From sequence record NC_049850.1: 64,000 bases of DNA. One strand, 5' to 3'. Numbering within the stretch: position 1 is the first letter of the stretch; each line of letters starts with the position of its first letter. The position numbers and the translations under genes were made by a program. This document shows positions 8,833-17,801 of this stretch, in pieces. Below the pieces are notes generated by a model that saw only the letters and a program-made list of their open reading frames with translations, made no database searches and was not told the DNA's origin.

Positions 8833-9090
8833 CTAACCCTTATTCGTCATAACATGGAAATACAGGATTCCCCCAATGTCGGCACGCGGTGCGCGCGACT
8901 CGTAACGGCGTGTGAAGTGATTGTAATAAGTGCCTGAGACCACACGCGACTGATTGCTGTACATGCGAGCCAGACCAGCATCAACTAGGGCACGCGCCGC
9001 CTGTGCCTGACGTGCGCCCGTGACAGGCACGCTATCGGCGTCGCCACGCGCGTCTAACAGGGCTTGCATTGTCTTCGTGATCTTAACCAT
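8833..9090 (-). CDS. hypothetical protein (85 aa)
   Basis: AAGGA RBS. Confidence 0.65.
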   Translation of the reverse strand: MVKITKTMQALLDARGDADSVPVTGARQAQAARALVDAGLARMYSNQSRVVSGTYYNHFTRRYESRAPRADIGGILYFHVMTNKG

Positions 9091-9092
9091 GA

Positions 9093-9320
9093 TCAATCCT
9101 TGTCCTGTGGCGCAAGCGGGCTGATTACTCGCCCCTCTTTTCCTGCCCGATACCCGCGTTTCAACCCTTGCACAAATCCCGAAACACAGGCACGAATGAC
9201 GTGCATTCCAACATACACGGCGTTAGCACCTTCGCCCGCGATGCCCGCGCCGTTTGCGAGCATGCAGACGACGACAACTAGGGCGGCCCGACGCGCCCAC
9301 TTACCCACGCCCGGCTTCAC
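9093..9320 (-). CDS. putative membrane protein (75 aa, GTG start)
   Basis: GTGA overlap with upstream stop; hydrophobic AALVVVVCML. Confidence 0.5.
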   Translation of the reverse strand: MKPGVGKWARRAALVVVVCMLANGAGIAGEGANAVYVGMHVIRACVSGFVQGLKRGYRAGKEGRVISPLAPQDKD

Positions 9321-9496
9321 AGCGTGATATCCGGAAACACGCCCGGGCGCGCGGCCCGAACCTGCACAGCGGAACCGGGGAACATGACACGGCCAAGCCA
9401 TGCGCCTGCCTCGTCGCCCGAGGCACAGCGGACAAGGCGCGTGCGCACCACGTTAGAGCCGTCGCGAATCACACAAAACCAGATAGCCTTTTCCAT
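9317..9496 (-). CDS. hypothetical protein (59 aa, MEKAIWFCVIR...)
   Basis: AAGGGGAA RBS; translated by hand. Confidence 0.6.
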   Translation of the reverse strand: MEKAIWFCVIRDGSNVVRTRLVRCASGDEAGAWLGRVMFPGSAVQVRAARPGVFPDITL

Positions 9497-9520
9497 GGTG
9501 TTTCCCCTTACGCGTAGGTG

Positions 9521-9709
9521 TCAATCTGGCGTTGCGCGAATTCCAGCGCATCCGCCCATGTCGGGATAGACGAGAAAGACCACGTTTGCACGCGGATTCG
9601 ACGGCGCGGTAAAGGCGCACGACGTGCAAACGTGAATTTGCGGGCCCGGGCGTCGCGCGTCACTTTGCAGCCACTGGCCCTTTTCGCGAAGCACCTTATC
9701 CTTGTCCAT
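9521..9709 (-). CDS. hypothetical protein (62 aa, MDKDKV...)
   Basis: promoter TTGACG-N17-TAGGAT with dyad at 9745-9803; AGGG RBS. Confidence 0.5.
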   Translation of the reverse strand: MDKDKVLREKGQWLQSDARRPGPQIHVCTSCAFTAPSNPRANVVFLVYPDMGGCAGIRATPD

Positions 9710-10134
9710 TTCCCTACCCCTTACCATTCGTTGACAGTAACGATATCCTAGTCCACGCAATCCGCCACGTCAACAATAACCCCTCGTTTCAGTCGGGTTT
9801 ATTTCCGCACCGAAACCCACACAATCCGGGGTTATTCCCGTGCCCGGCTAACCACTCGCAGCACGCTACTTTCTCCATTAAAAACGCGCGCTACAGCCCC
9901 TTAAACGGGCCGCCTGTAGTTTCCCCTACCCATCAGTCAATCACGCGCACCGGGCCGCCTGAGCGCGTTCTCTGCGTCTATGCGTTCGTCAGGAATGCAG
10001 CGCAATGCGGGGCCCGGGCCCGGGCCATTGATCGGGAATCCTGACGATCCGGGCTCGCGCGATTAGATGATTCGCACTACCGACGAATGCGGTACTTGAC
10101 GCGCTGCCCCGTCTGTGCCGTGTGCGATGCCCCG

Positions 10135-10380
10135 CCCCATCCGGTTTTCGTTAGCACAACTAATCGCGCTCGTCAACTATACCCCCTCCCCCCATCCGGT
10201 TTTTAGCACCCCCTCCCCCTGCCTGTGCTAGTAAGGTATCCTCCCAAAACCCCGTTTTCGGGCCCGGGGTTTTTCGTGAAATAAACAGGGGTCTAATTCG
10301 CGTGCGTAAGGTATCCCCCGGATGCGGGGTGCGGGGCCCGGGGTTTGTGCTCGGGGAAACAGGGGGTCTAATTCGTGTGG
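10135..10380. repeat. non-coding tandem repeats (about 75-bp unit x2) and four C-tracts
   Basis: GTAAGGTATCC, GGCCCGGGGTTT and AACAGGGG(G)TCTAATTCG each occur twice about 75 bp apart; CCCCATCCGGTTTT x2. Confidence 0.75.
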
Positions 10381-10453
10381 GTGACGCGCGTATAAACGCA
10401 AAAAGGGGAACCCCTATCATGCAGGTTCCCCTATCTGGCGTGCGTGCTGCGTT

Positions 10454-10750
10454 CTAGTCTGCTGCGCCTGCGTCTACGTGGTGCGATTCCACAAGCGTAT
10501 GCCCGTGTTCTACTGCATAGGCGCGTACCCGCTCGATTACGTGTTCAACGATCCAGCGTTCGGGGCCCTGTATCGTGAGCGTAACCCGGTTAGCCCATTG
10601 CTTAGAACGGACGTGCGCACCGGCCGCCCGGGCTTCTGCATGTACGTGATTCACGAACTGTGCACGCGCGACCGCAAAATCGGATTCTACGGAACACGTG
10701 CGATAGTACATGGTTGCGCTGTATGTAGCACTTATCTTCACGTCGATCAT
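10454..10750 (-). CDS. hypothetical protein (98 aa)
   Basis: GAGG RBS; followed by hairpin near 10401-10432. Confidence 0.65.
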   Translation of the reverse strand: MIDVKISATYSATMYYRTCSVESDFAVARAQFVNHVHAEARAAGAHVRSKQWANRVTLTIQGPERWIVEHVIERVRAYAVEHGHTLVESHHVDAGAAD

Positions 10751-10765
10751 GTGGGCCTCTACCTG

Positions 10766-10957
10766 TTAGCGGGTGAGTGCGCCCAGCCCGTGCACGACGA
10801 ACAGCATAAACAGCGTGCCACACACGATAGAGCCCATAATCACGGTCACGGGGCTGGATTTGTGGGCTTGTTGCGAACGCGGGTGCGGGGCCTGCGTGTA
10901 TGCGTGCTTGTAGCCCTTACGGGCGCGTGTCCGGATCGTGTTGAGTTCGTCTTTCAT
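10766..10957 (-). CDS. putative membrane protein (63 aa, C-terminal TM)
   Basis: AGGA RBS; promoter TTGACG-N17-CATAAT with dyad at 10997-11053. Confidence 0.7.
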   Translation of the reverse strand: MKDELNTIRTRARKGYKHAYTQAPHPRSQQAHKSSPVTVIMGSIVCGTLFMLFVVHGLGALTR

Positions 10958-11035
10958 GGTGCGTCCTGTGGGGCTGGGTTGTTAGTTGATGTGGTGATTA
11001 TGGGGGCGGCCCGCGCCCCCGTCAACAATACCCCT

Positions 11036-12043
11036 TCAGTGCGCTGGGTTATTCGCGACGAACGCAAGGGCCTGTGCTTCTGCGGCCTGCACGCGTTTAT
11101 ACTCGGCTTCGCTGACAGCCCGGCCCCCGATCCGGATACGCGCCGGAAACTGGTTGAAAATCTCACCCCGAACACTCGTATTGATGATGATACGCTGGTT
11201 GATTACCACGCGTTGACCGGCGGGCGTGCGGCCCGTCAACAGGAATTCGTAACCCGTGATCGATTGGAAAGCCGGGTCTTTCAGGGCCCCGGCCTTAATC
11301 ATCACCTTGTGTTCTACGCTTTCTTGTACTTGCTTTGCGTACTTTTCCGCGTGCTCGCGCATCCACTCGGCATTAATCGAGCCGTCGCCGTTCGTGCAGT
11401 GGCGCAGCACCGTATCGTAAAAACGCGACCATTCCTTGTCGTGACGAATGCCCCTGAGCACATAGCCAAACTTGGCGACGGCAGCAGCGTGGCGGGCCTT
11501 CACATAATCTTCAAACTGTGCGACGAGCGCCGGGCCCTGTGCATCGAGTGCGGCGCGCACCACTTCCGACAGGACGGGGGCGGACATGGTGCGTTCCACG
11601 TGCGCGCGTTGTGCGGTTGCGGCCCGCGTCTCGCGCTTCGCGATACGAGCTTTTGCGGCCTTCAACGCGGCTTCAACCTCAATCCATTCCGCAAACAGGT
11701 GCACGGCCGTGCGTGCGACAGCGTGTCGGCCAGCGAGTGCGACAGCCGCCCGGTGCATGCGCTTCACGCTCGGCAGGTTCGACGCATCATAATACAGGTC
11801 TTGCAATTCGTCGGGGCGCGGGAACGCGAGCGCCAGATAGGGGGCGCGCACCGCCCATTCCATCATCGTTTCATAGACGGTCGTGAGTTCCGCGCGCATT
11901 TCCTTGTAATCGACGGCGCGCATGCTATCGGTGCCGCAAAGCTGGGCGATACGCGAGTCGAACGCGTTGATAGCACGTGCATTGTGCGGACGATCCGACA
12001 GCAGAATGCGGGCGAGCGTGGCACGCGTGTTTTGCAGTTCCAT
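11036..12043 (-). CDS. hypothetical protein (335 aa, MELQNTRA...)
   Basis: GGAAGGGGAA RBS; promoter TTGACG-N17-TACTAT with dyad at 12080-12136. Confidence 0.85.
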   Translation of the reverse strand: MELQNTRATLARILLSDRPHNARAINAFDSRIAQLCGTDSMRAVDYKEMRAELTTVYETMMEWAVRAPYLALAFPRPDELQDLYYDASNLPSVKRMHRAAVALAGRHAVARTAVHLFAEWIEVEAALKAAKARIAKRETRAATAQRAHVERTMSAPVLSEVVRAALDAQGPALVAQFEDYVKARHAAAVAKFGYVLRGIRHDKEWSRFYDTVLRHCTNGDGSINAEWMREHAEKYAKQVQESVEHKVMIKAGALKDPAFQSITGYEFLLTGRTPAGQRVVINQRIIINTSVRGEIFNQFPARIRIGGRAVSEAEYKRVQAAEAQALAFVANNPAH

Positions 12044-12131
12044 GGTCTTTCCCCTTCCGGGTTCGTTGAGCATGTACAAATAGTAACAGCCCCAATCGGG
12101 GCCGTCAACAATACTTGAGTGAAGCGCGGGG

Positions 12132-12488
12132 TTATTCGCCCCGCTCGTATTCCGCGCACGCTTCGGCGTGCTCTACCGGGTGCATGCGTTCCAGTGCTTC
12201 ATCGCGTTGACCGGCCGCCAGCAGGTTTTTAAATACCCGCTTGAGTGCCGCGCTTCGCGCCTCGTCCGGATCGACAGGGGGCAGCGTTGACGCCTGAGCG
12301 TCGAATTGTGCGCGCCGCCCCCATTCACGGGCTTGCATAAGCGCCATGTCGGCTGCGCGTACCGCGTTCGGGGCTTCGGCCGTATACGACATTGCGGCGT
12401 GGCTCACGTGCCAGACCCCGGCCCGGGGCCGGAACATGAAGCCCATGGCCCGGGCTACGCGGATCATTTCATTCTGTGCGTCGGTCAT
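12132..12488 (-). CDS. hypothetical protein (118 aa)
   Basis: GAGGAA RBS; stop inside dyad. Confidence 0.75.
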   Translation of the reverse strand: MTDAQNEMIRVARAMGFMFRPRAGVWHVSHAAMSYTAEAPNAVRAADMALMQAREWGRRAQFDAQASTLPPVDPDEARSAALKRVFKNLLAAGQRDEALERMHPVEHAEACAEYERGE

Positions 12489-12534
12489 GCTTTCCTCTAC
12501 CGTTCGTCAGGGGGCCGTCAGGCCCCCGTTCCCC

Positions 12535-13038
12535 TTACGCTGCGCGGGACAGCAGACCGGACAGCAGACCCGAGCGCGGGGCCGTGCGGCGGTTCTGGGT
12601 GCGCGCCAGCGCACGCTTGACCATGCGCCGGGCCGTGCGCGACAGTGCGGCCGGTTCCGGTTGCGTTTCCTGTGCGTCCTTCACTTCGACGGCCGGGGCT
12701 TCGTCGGCGTCGGCCTTCGTGCTCACGTCGTCGGCGTTGTCGGCCGCCACTTCGACGGACGGGGCCGGGGCCGGTGCCTGTTCCGCCTTCACTTCGACGG
12801 ACGGGGCTTCGTCGGACGCGAAGTTTTCCGGACGGCTCACGCTGAACGTGACGCCCGAGCCCGCGACCGTGAACGTGTGCGATTCGTCGTCGGTCACGGT
12901 CGAGGTTGCGGCTTCACGTGCGACGGCGCGCGACAGGCCCAGCGCCATCATTGCCTTGACAGCCGATTCCTTCGACGTGAACGCTTCGACGTTGCCGTTT
13001 GCAGCCGTGCGGATCGCGATGATGTTTGCCTTTGCCAT
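12535..13038 (-). CDS. hypothetical protein (167 aa) with acidic Ala/Pro linker and Arg-rich tail
   Basis: GGAG RBS; promoter TTGACG-N17-TACAAT at 13107-13163. Confidence 0.75.
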   Translation of the reverse strand: MAKANIIAIRTAANGNVEAFTSKESAVKAMMALGLSRAVAREAATSTVTDDESHTFTVAGSGVTFSVSRPENFASDEAPSVEVKAEQAPAPAPSVEVAADNADDVSTKADADEAPAVEVKDAQETQPEPAALSRTARRMVKRALARTQNRRTAPRSGLLSGLLSRAA

Positions 13039-13185
13039 TTTCAAATCTCCGGTTGGTGAGAGTGTGCTACGTGGTTAAGTGGGTGTTGCGTGATTCGTTA
13101 AGACAGATTGTAGGGGACTAAATTCGCTTCGTCAACTAATCCCCTTCAATTTGTGGGGTCTTTTTCGCAGACCCCAGCGCGTTCG

Positions 13186-13437
13186 TTATTGCCAGCAGCG
13201 CGACGGCGTGCCCGACACGTACATCGTGAGCGTGTTATCGCTGAACGCACGCGAAAACTTGTAGGCCACGTCACCCAGCAGGGCCGAACCGGTAGCCCGA
13301 ATGCTCAACATTTCGTTGAAGCCTTCAGCATCGGCCCCGATCATTTCGTGTGCCGACACGCAAACGAGCACGTTAATGCGGCCGTTTTCGTCAACGCTCG
13401 TAGCCGTCCCGTTCGGCAGGGTAATCAGTTCACGCAT
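13186..13437 (-). CDS. hypothetical protein (83 aa)
   Basis: AAGGA RBS; promoter TTGACG-N17-TACAAT with dyad at 13477-13533. Confidence 0.7.
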   Translation of the reverse strand: MRELITLPNGTATSVDENGRINVLVCVSAHEMIGADAEGFNEMLSIRATGSALLGDVAYKFSRAFSDNTLTMYVSGTPSRCWQ

Positions 13438-13560
13438 TTTCATTCCTTGTTTGTGACGCGTTAATCGATGAAACAGATTGTAGGGCAATCATTTTGCAGC
13501 GTCAACAATAACCCTACAATCTGCGGGGTCTTTATCGGCAGACCCCGGGGCCGGTGCGCC

Positions 13561-14160
13561 TTAGATAGCGCGGATGACTTGATAGCCCAGTTTCGACAGG
13601 CGATCGATGCCCCCGACCGCGTACAGGCTCGTATAGTGCCCGTCGCCGTTTTCCGCTCGTACCCAGTTCGCAAACTGCATGCCCAGCTTTTCCGCCTTGT
13701 CGCGCCACTCTGCATGGAATTTGCGCATGCGCTCGGCGTCCGCGCCCTGAGCCATCAGGGCCTTGTGAACCTTGAGGTAGGACGCGTGCATGCGTTCGGT
13801 GGACGTGGTGCGGCTGCTATGGTCGTACAAGGTAACGCCGTCGATAACCATACCGCGAATGCACGCCGTAAACTTGTCGTAGCCGCCCCCGCTTGCCCGG
13901 CCCTGTTGGCATTGCATCGCGTCAAACGAGCGGGCGTGTTCCGGCTTGCCGTACACGAACGTCTCGCCTTTCTTCAGGCCCCCGACCGCGCGCATGCTCC
14001 GGAACGTGGCATCGTCCGACGTGTGGAACGCGTCAACCGTAACGGTTCCGCTATCAGCGTAATGTGCATGGATGGTTGCCACGTGGACACCCCGACGATT
14101 GAGGATGACCCATGCGCTAACGCTGCGGCCTGCTGCGGTGTCTCGTACTTGCTTCGCCAT
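13561..14160 (-). CDS. hypothetical protein (199 aa, MAKQVRD...)
   Basis: GGAG RBS; promoter TTGACG-N17-CATAAT with dyad at 14210-14266. Confidence 0.8.
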   Translation of the reverse strand: MAKQVRDTAAGRSVSAWVILNRRGVHVATIHAHYADSGTVTVDAFHTSDDATFRSMRAVGGLKKGETFVYGKPEHARSFDAMQCQQGRASGGGYDKFTACIRGMVIDGVTLYDHSSRTTSTERMHASYLKVHKALMAQGADAERMRKFHAEWRDKAEKLGMQFANWVRAENGDGHYTSLYAVGGIDRLSKLGYQVIRAI

Positions 14161-14271
14161 GATCCTAACTCCGTTTGATTTGTGTTGCGTTGTGTGAATC
14201 GATGTATGAATTATGCCCGCGTCTTTTTGGCCCGTCAACAGTACCCGAGTATTTTAGTCGGGTATTGTGAC

Positions 14272-14295
14272 AAAAAGAAGGGGCCCATAGGCCCC
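14272..14295 (-). terminator. intrinsic terminator GGGGCC-TATG-GGCCCC-TTCTTTTT
   Basis: immediately upstream of next promoter dyad. Confidence 0.75.
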
Positions 14296-14301
14296 AGCGC
14301 A

Positions 14302-14832
14302 TCAGACGATTACACCCCGATCCGTGATCGCGTAGCATTCGCGCACGTCGTTACCCAGAAACCCGACGACGAACGTAACGCGGTCGGTATCCTGCCCCTC
14401 ACGTTCACAGTAAAGGGTGCACCGCATTTCCCGGCCGTCGCGCGTCCACGAACCGCACGACGCGACACGCCAGCCCCGCATATAGTAGGATTCGCGCGCC
14501 TCGTCCGCGCGTTCGGTGCGCGTATCCTCGTCATACTCGAATTCCGCGTCATACGTATCAGCGAGATATTCGCGGGCTTCTTTCTCCGTCGCGTGCACCG
14601 TCCAATCGGTACGGTCGAGATAGCCCGGGGCCGTCATCCGCGCCAGCCATCCGTCGCGCGGCTCGATTACCTCGTCGGCGTCATAGGGCTTCCCCTCCAG
14701 ATAGTTCGCGAACGCTTCGACGTGCGTTCCGACCGTGCGCCCGATAACGTCGGCCGGGACAATCTCCGTCCCGTGCTCGGTGTCGATGCTGAAATATTGG
14801 CCGAATTCGACATGCGGAATCATGTGTGACAT
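14302..14832 (-). CDS. hypothetical phage protein (176 aa) with GWLARMTAPGYLDRTDW motif
   Basis: GAGGGG RBS; promoter TTGACG-N17-TACAAT with dyad at 14875-14931. Confidence 0.8.
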   Translation of the reverse strand: MSHMIPHVEFGQYFSIDTEHGTEIVPADVIGRTVGTHVEAFANYLEGKPYDADEVIEPRDGWLARMTAPGYLDRTDWTVHATEKEAREYLADTYDAEFEYDEDTRTERADEARESYYMRGWRVASCGSWTRDGREMRCTLYCEREGQDTDRVTFVVGFLGNDVRECYAITDRGVIV

Positions 14833-14897
14833 GGTGCGCCCCTCTAGGCTTGGTGTTGCGTTGAAAGTGAGTCTATTGTATGCGGGCCCTGTCAGCA

Positions 14898-14963
14898 CGT
14901 CAACAGTACCCGAGTATTTTAGTCGGGTACTGATGCCAAAGAAAAGGGGCCTAGGCCCCTTCC
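14898..14963 (-). repeat. terminator+dyad+-35 cassette, near-identical to 17404-17470
   Basis: CGTCAACAGTACC(C/T)GAGTATTTTAGTCGGGTA..GCCAAAGAAAAGGGGCCTAGGCCCCTTCCC in both; dyad part also at 14233-14266. Confidence 0.85.
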
Positions 14964-14964
14964 C

Positions 14965-15771
14965 TCAATTAACGGCAGTCGGTCGCGTGATAACCGTCTG
15001 TTTCAGGTCGTTATAGAGTTTGTGCTCTTTGACTGCGGCCCGGACGTGCACGCGGTCGCCTTCCGCGCGGAACAGTCGGCAATTGCCCTTGTGAACAACC
15101 GTAGCCCCCGACACGTCGCGCATGATCGTAAGGTAGCAGGGGCCAAACGAACCGAACGCGGCCCCCGTGTCGAGTGTGATGATTTTTTGAATGGTCATTT
15201 CGAATTCACGACGTTCCCCGACGGTGCCAAGGTATGCCGCGTTTTGCACCTGCTCGGCGCGGGCGCGAAGGCGCAAGACGGATGCTTGCGCGGCTTCTGC
15301 CTGTGGCCCTGTCAGGTAACCCCATTGTTCAAGCTTGCCAGCAAGCGACGACAGAAACTCGTTGTCCGCGAATTCATCGAGCATTCCAGCGAGCCCCGGA
15401 TATTCGGCGTCGAATGCTGCGCGCTTGTCAGCCTTCGCGGCTTCGCGTTCGGCGTCGCGGGCCGCATGTTCGGCCGCGCGCTTTTCCTGTGCCTTGGCTT
15501 GGCGCTTGGTTGCGGACGCAACCAGCTTTGCGAGTCGTTCGCCCGTGTAGACTTTCGTCAGGGCCGGGGTGCCTTGACCCGAACCCCCGCACTCGTAACA
15601 CGTGTAACCCGTGTATGCCCATGCGTTCGAACGCCCGGCCCCGCCGCAACGATGGCACTTGCGGGGTTTGTAGAACGAGCCCGAGCCCTTAGCCGGGTCA
15701 TAGTTCGTCGGAATCAGGCCCGCGTATGCCGTGCCGTCGCGGTAGAAAAGAGCGGGCTTTGCTTGTTCCAT
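14965..15771 (-). CDS. DnaJ-type Cys-rich zinc finger plus probable C-terminal OB-fold protein (268 aa)
   Basis: CHRCGGAG and CYECGGSG repeats; C-terminal YLGTVGERREF...VKEHKLYNDLKQTVITRP pattern; promoter 15803-15859. Confidence 0.7.
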   Translation of the reverse strand: MEQAKPALFYRDGTAYAGLIPTNYDPAKGSGSFYKPRKCHRCGGAGRSNAWAYTGYTCYECGGSGQGTPALTKVYTGERLAKLVASATKRQAKAQEKRAAEHAARDAEREAAKADKRAAFDAEYPGLAGMLDEFADNEFLSSLAGKLEQWGYLTGPQAEAAQASVLRLRARAEQVQNAAYLGTVGERREFEMTIQKIITLDTGAAFGSFGPCYLTIMRDVSGATVVHKGNCRLFRAEGDRVHVRAAVKEHKLYNDLKQTVITRPTAVN

Positions 15772-15857
15772 CGTTGCACCTGTTTGGTTAGTCGATGGAC
15801 AAATAATAACGGGCCCCGAAAGGCCCGTCAACAATACCCGACTAAATCGCGTGGTCT

Positions 15858-16547
15858 TTACAGCACATCCTTAAATTCGTCGTTCAGTCGCTTACGCTGG
15901 GCGCGCAGTTTCTCAATATGGTTACGCGTTTCTTCGCGCCAGATACCGGGGGCATTGCGCACGATCCAAAGGTCGCGCACACGCTGTTCCGTTTCTTCGA
16001 TATCGGATTCGAGCCGTCGGGCCGCTTGCCATTTCGCGTCGTATTCCCGTTCGTCTTCCGCGTAGACGCACGCATGCGAATCGGCGTCCGCTGCGGCAGC
16101 GCGGTCACTGTCATAGACAGTCGTGAACACGACGTGTCCATCGTTGTCTGACGTGGTGTAACCCGCGAGATAACGGCCGTGCGTCAGGCGCACAAAGAAC
16201 GGACGCGCTACCTCCGTCCCGTCTTCGTCCGTGAACCATCCTTTGTGGCTGGCGTAATTGCGTCCCGAGCGCGGGTTTTCCGTTTCGTCCAGATAACACA
16301 CGCGGCCGGGCAGCGCGTCATCGTCAAACGTCGAATAGATATCGATATTGCGGCCGTATTCCGTGTTGTAGCCCGCGCTCAGGCCCGAGTCGTTCGACAG
16401 GAAATTTCCGAACCGGGCCGAACGCCAATCGATGAGTCGGCCGCCCTTCCCCGCGTTCACCTTGGCATTGTGGGATTCCACGTAGTCGCGAAGGTATGCG
16501 AGCCGCTTCGGTGCGCCAATGCGAAGGTTGCGATAGGTCGTGTTCAT
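15858..16547 (-). CDS. hypothetical protein (229 aa) with C-terminal coiled coil
   Basis: promoter TTGACG-N16-TACAAT with dyad at 16593-16648. Confidence 0.8.
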   Translation of the reverse strand: MNTTYRNLRIGAPKRLAYLRDYVESHNAKVNAGKGGRLIDWRSARFGNFLSNDSGLSAGYNTEYGRNIDIYSTFDDDALPGRVCYLDETENPRSGRNYASHKGWFTDEDGTEVARPFFVRLTHGRYLAGYTTSDNDGHVVFTTVYDSDRAAAADADSHACVYAEDEREYDAKWQAARRLESDIEETEQRVRDLWIVRNAPGIWREETRNHIEKLRAQRKRLNDEFKDVL

Positions 16548-16681
16548 AATCGAATCCGTTTAGTTAATCCCGCGTCGCGCGGTATGAAAAGGATTGTACG
16601 CGTCTTATTCCCTGCGTCAACAATAACCCCGCGCAATGAGGGGTTATTGTTGAAGCACTCCGTAGAGTGCGGGCCACGCCC

Positions 16682-16879
16682 TTAGCTCAGGCGGTACGGT
16701 TGCGGACGCAAAATCAGGTGCGCGCCGAACGCCATAGCCAGATAGCCCGGGCCATACAGCAGAGCCTTAGCGGCCCCGAAAACGAGCGGCTGGGCCTGCA
16801 CAAAGCACGTCGAGTAAACCGCGAACCCGACGACGATCAACAGCAGATTGAGCATGTTCTCACGAATCCAGTATTTCAT
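16682..16879 (-). CDS. small membrane protein (65 aa, two TM segments)
   Basis: AAGGGGAA RBS; two hydrophobic stretches. Confidence 0.7.
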   Translation of the reverse strand: MKYWIRENMLNLLLIVVGFAVYSTCFVQAQPLVFGAAKALLYGPGYLAMAFGAHLILRPQPYRLS

Positions 16880-16889
16880 TTCGTTCCCC

Positions 16890-17348
16890 TTAGTTGAAGT
16901 AATCGCGGGCTTGCGCCTTCGCGAAGCGTTCAAGCGATGCATTACCGCGCAGCTTAATTGTTACGTCACTATCGCGCATGCACTCATGTGCGAGCGTGTC
17001 CCGCTTGCCGATCCGTACAACGTCGGATTGTTCAGTGTCGTATTGACCGTAAGCGACGCACGCATCGATGAGAGTGGCCCAATATTCATCAGTTTCGTAT
17101 TCCGGGGCGTCGTCTTCGCGACCGATTACCGACAACACGTCGTGTTCGCGCGGCGTCCCGTGATCGGGGAACGTGACAGACAGCCGCTCAATCCAAAACT
17201 CGTTGTCCGCTAACCCGGCTTCAGAACACGGGGTAATGCGCAGCACGTTTGCATAACCCCAGCCCCGCCGCGCCCTGTCGAGTTCGTAGAAGTAGCCGCC
17301 ATATTCGATGTTGATATCGCCGTGATAAAGAACCTGCGTGCGTTTCAT
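16890..17348 (-). CDS. hypothetical protein (152 aa)
   Basis: promoter TTGACG-N17-CATACT with dyad at 17381-17437. Confidence 0.8.
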   Translation of the reverse strand: MKRTQVLYHGDINIEYGGYFYELDRARRGWGYANVLRITPCSEAGLADNEFWIERLSVTFPDHGTPREHDVLSVIGREDDAPEYETDEYWATLIDACVAYGQYDTEQSDVVRIGKRDTLAHECMRDSDVTIKLRGNASLERFAKAQARDYFN

Positions 17349-17443
17349 GATGTGCCCCGTTAGGCGTTGTCGATGTGTGAAGTATGCCCGGGCCCGTGAG
17401 GCGCGTCAACAGTACCTGAGTATTTTAGTCGGGTATTGGTGCC

Positions 17444-17518
17444 AAAGAAAAGGGGCCTAGGCCCCTTCCCTGTCACTTCCTGCCCGTACCGCTTGCGCGG
17501 GGCGGTCTCACGCCATAC
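17444..17518 (-). ncRNA. candidate small RNA (~75 nt)
   Basis: TTGACA-N17-TACAAT promoter (17525-17553), then CCGC-GCAA-GCGG hairpin and a terminator; only ORF is Met-Ala-stop. Confidence 0.5.
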
Positions 17519-17563
17519 ACTCCCATTGTAGCATAGGCCGCCGCCCCTGTCAAGCCCCGTCCC

Positions 17564-17737
17564 TCAGTCGTCAACCAGACTGAACGCGGGCCGGGTTCGT
17601 ATGTGTGCGGGGGCTTGCTGTGCCGCGTATGCTTCGGCCGCCCGCATGTCGTCTATCGCAGTTTGCAGGTGTTGCTTTTGGGTCTCCAGACTACAAACTT
17701 CCCGCCAGAATTTATAGTTATGCATGTCAATTACCAT
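17564..17737 (-). CDS. hypothetical protein (57 aa, MVIDMHNYKF...)
   Basis: translated by hand; 10-bp inverted repeat TCGTCGGATG/CATCCGACGA upstream. Confidence 0.5.
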   Translation of the reverse strand: MVIDMHNYKFWREVCSLETQKQHLQTAIDDMRAAEAYAAQQAPAHIRTRPAFSLVDD

Positions 17738-17801
17738 ACGCGCTCACTCGTCGGATGAAGGGCCCCCAGTATCCTACATCCGACGAATGCGCGCAAGGGG
17801 G

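Noticed and set aside
10478-12118. 546-aa plus-strand ORF
   Set aside because: Antisense shadow of minus-strand genes that have RBSs and promoters; no RBS or recognisable motif; expected in GC-rich DNA
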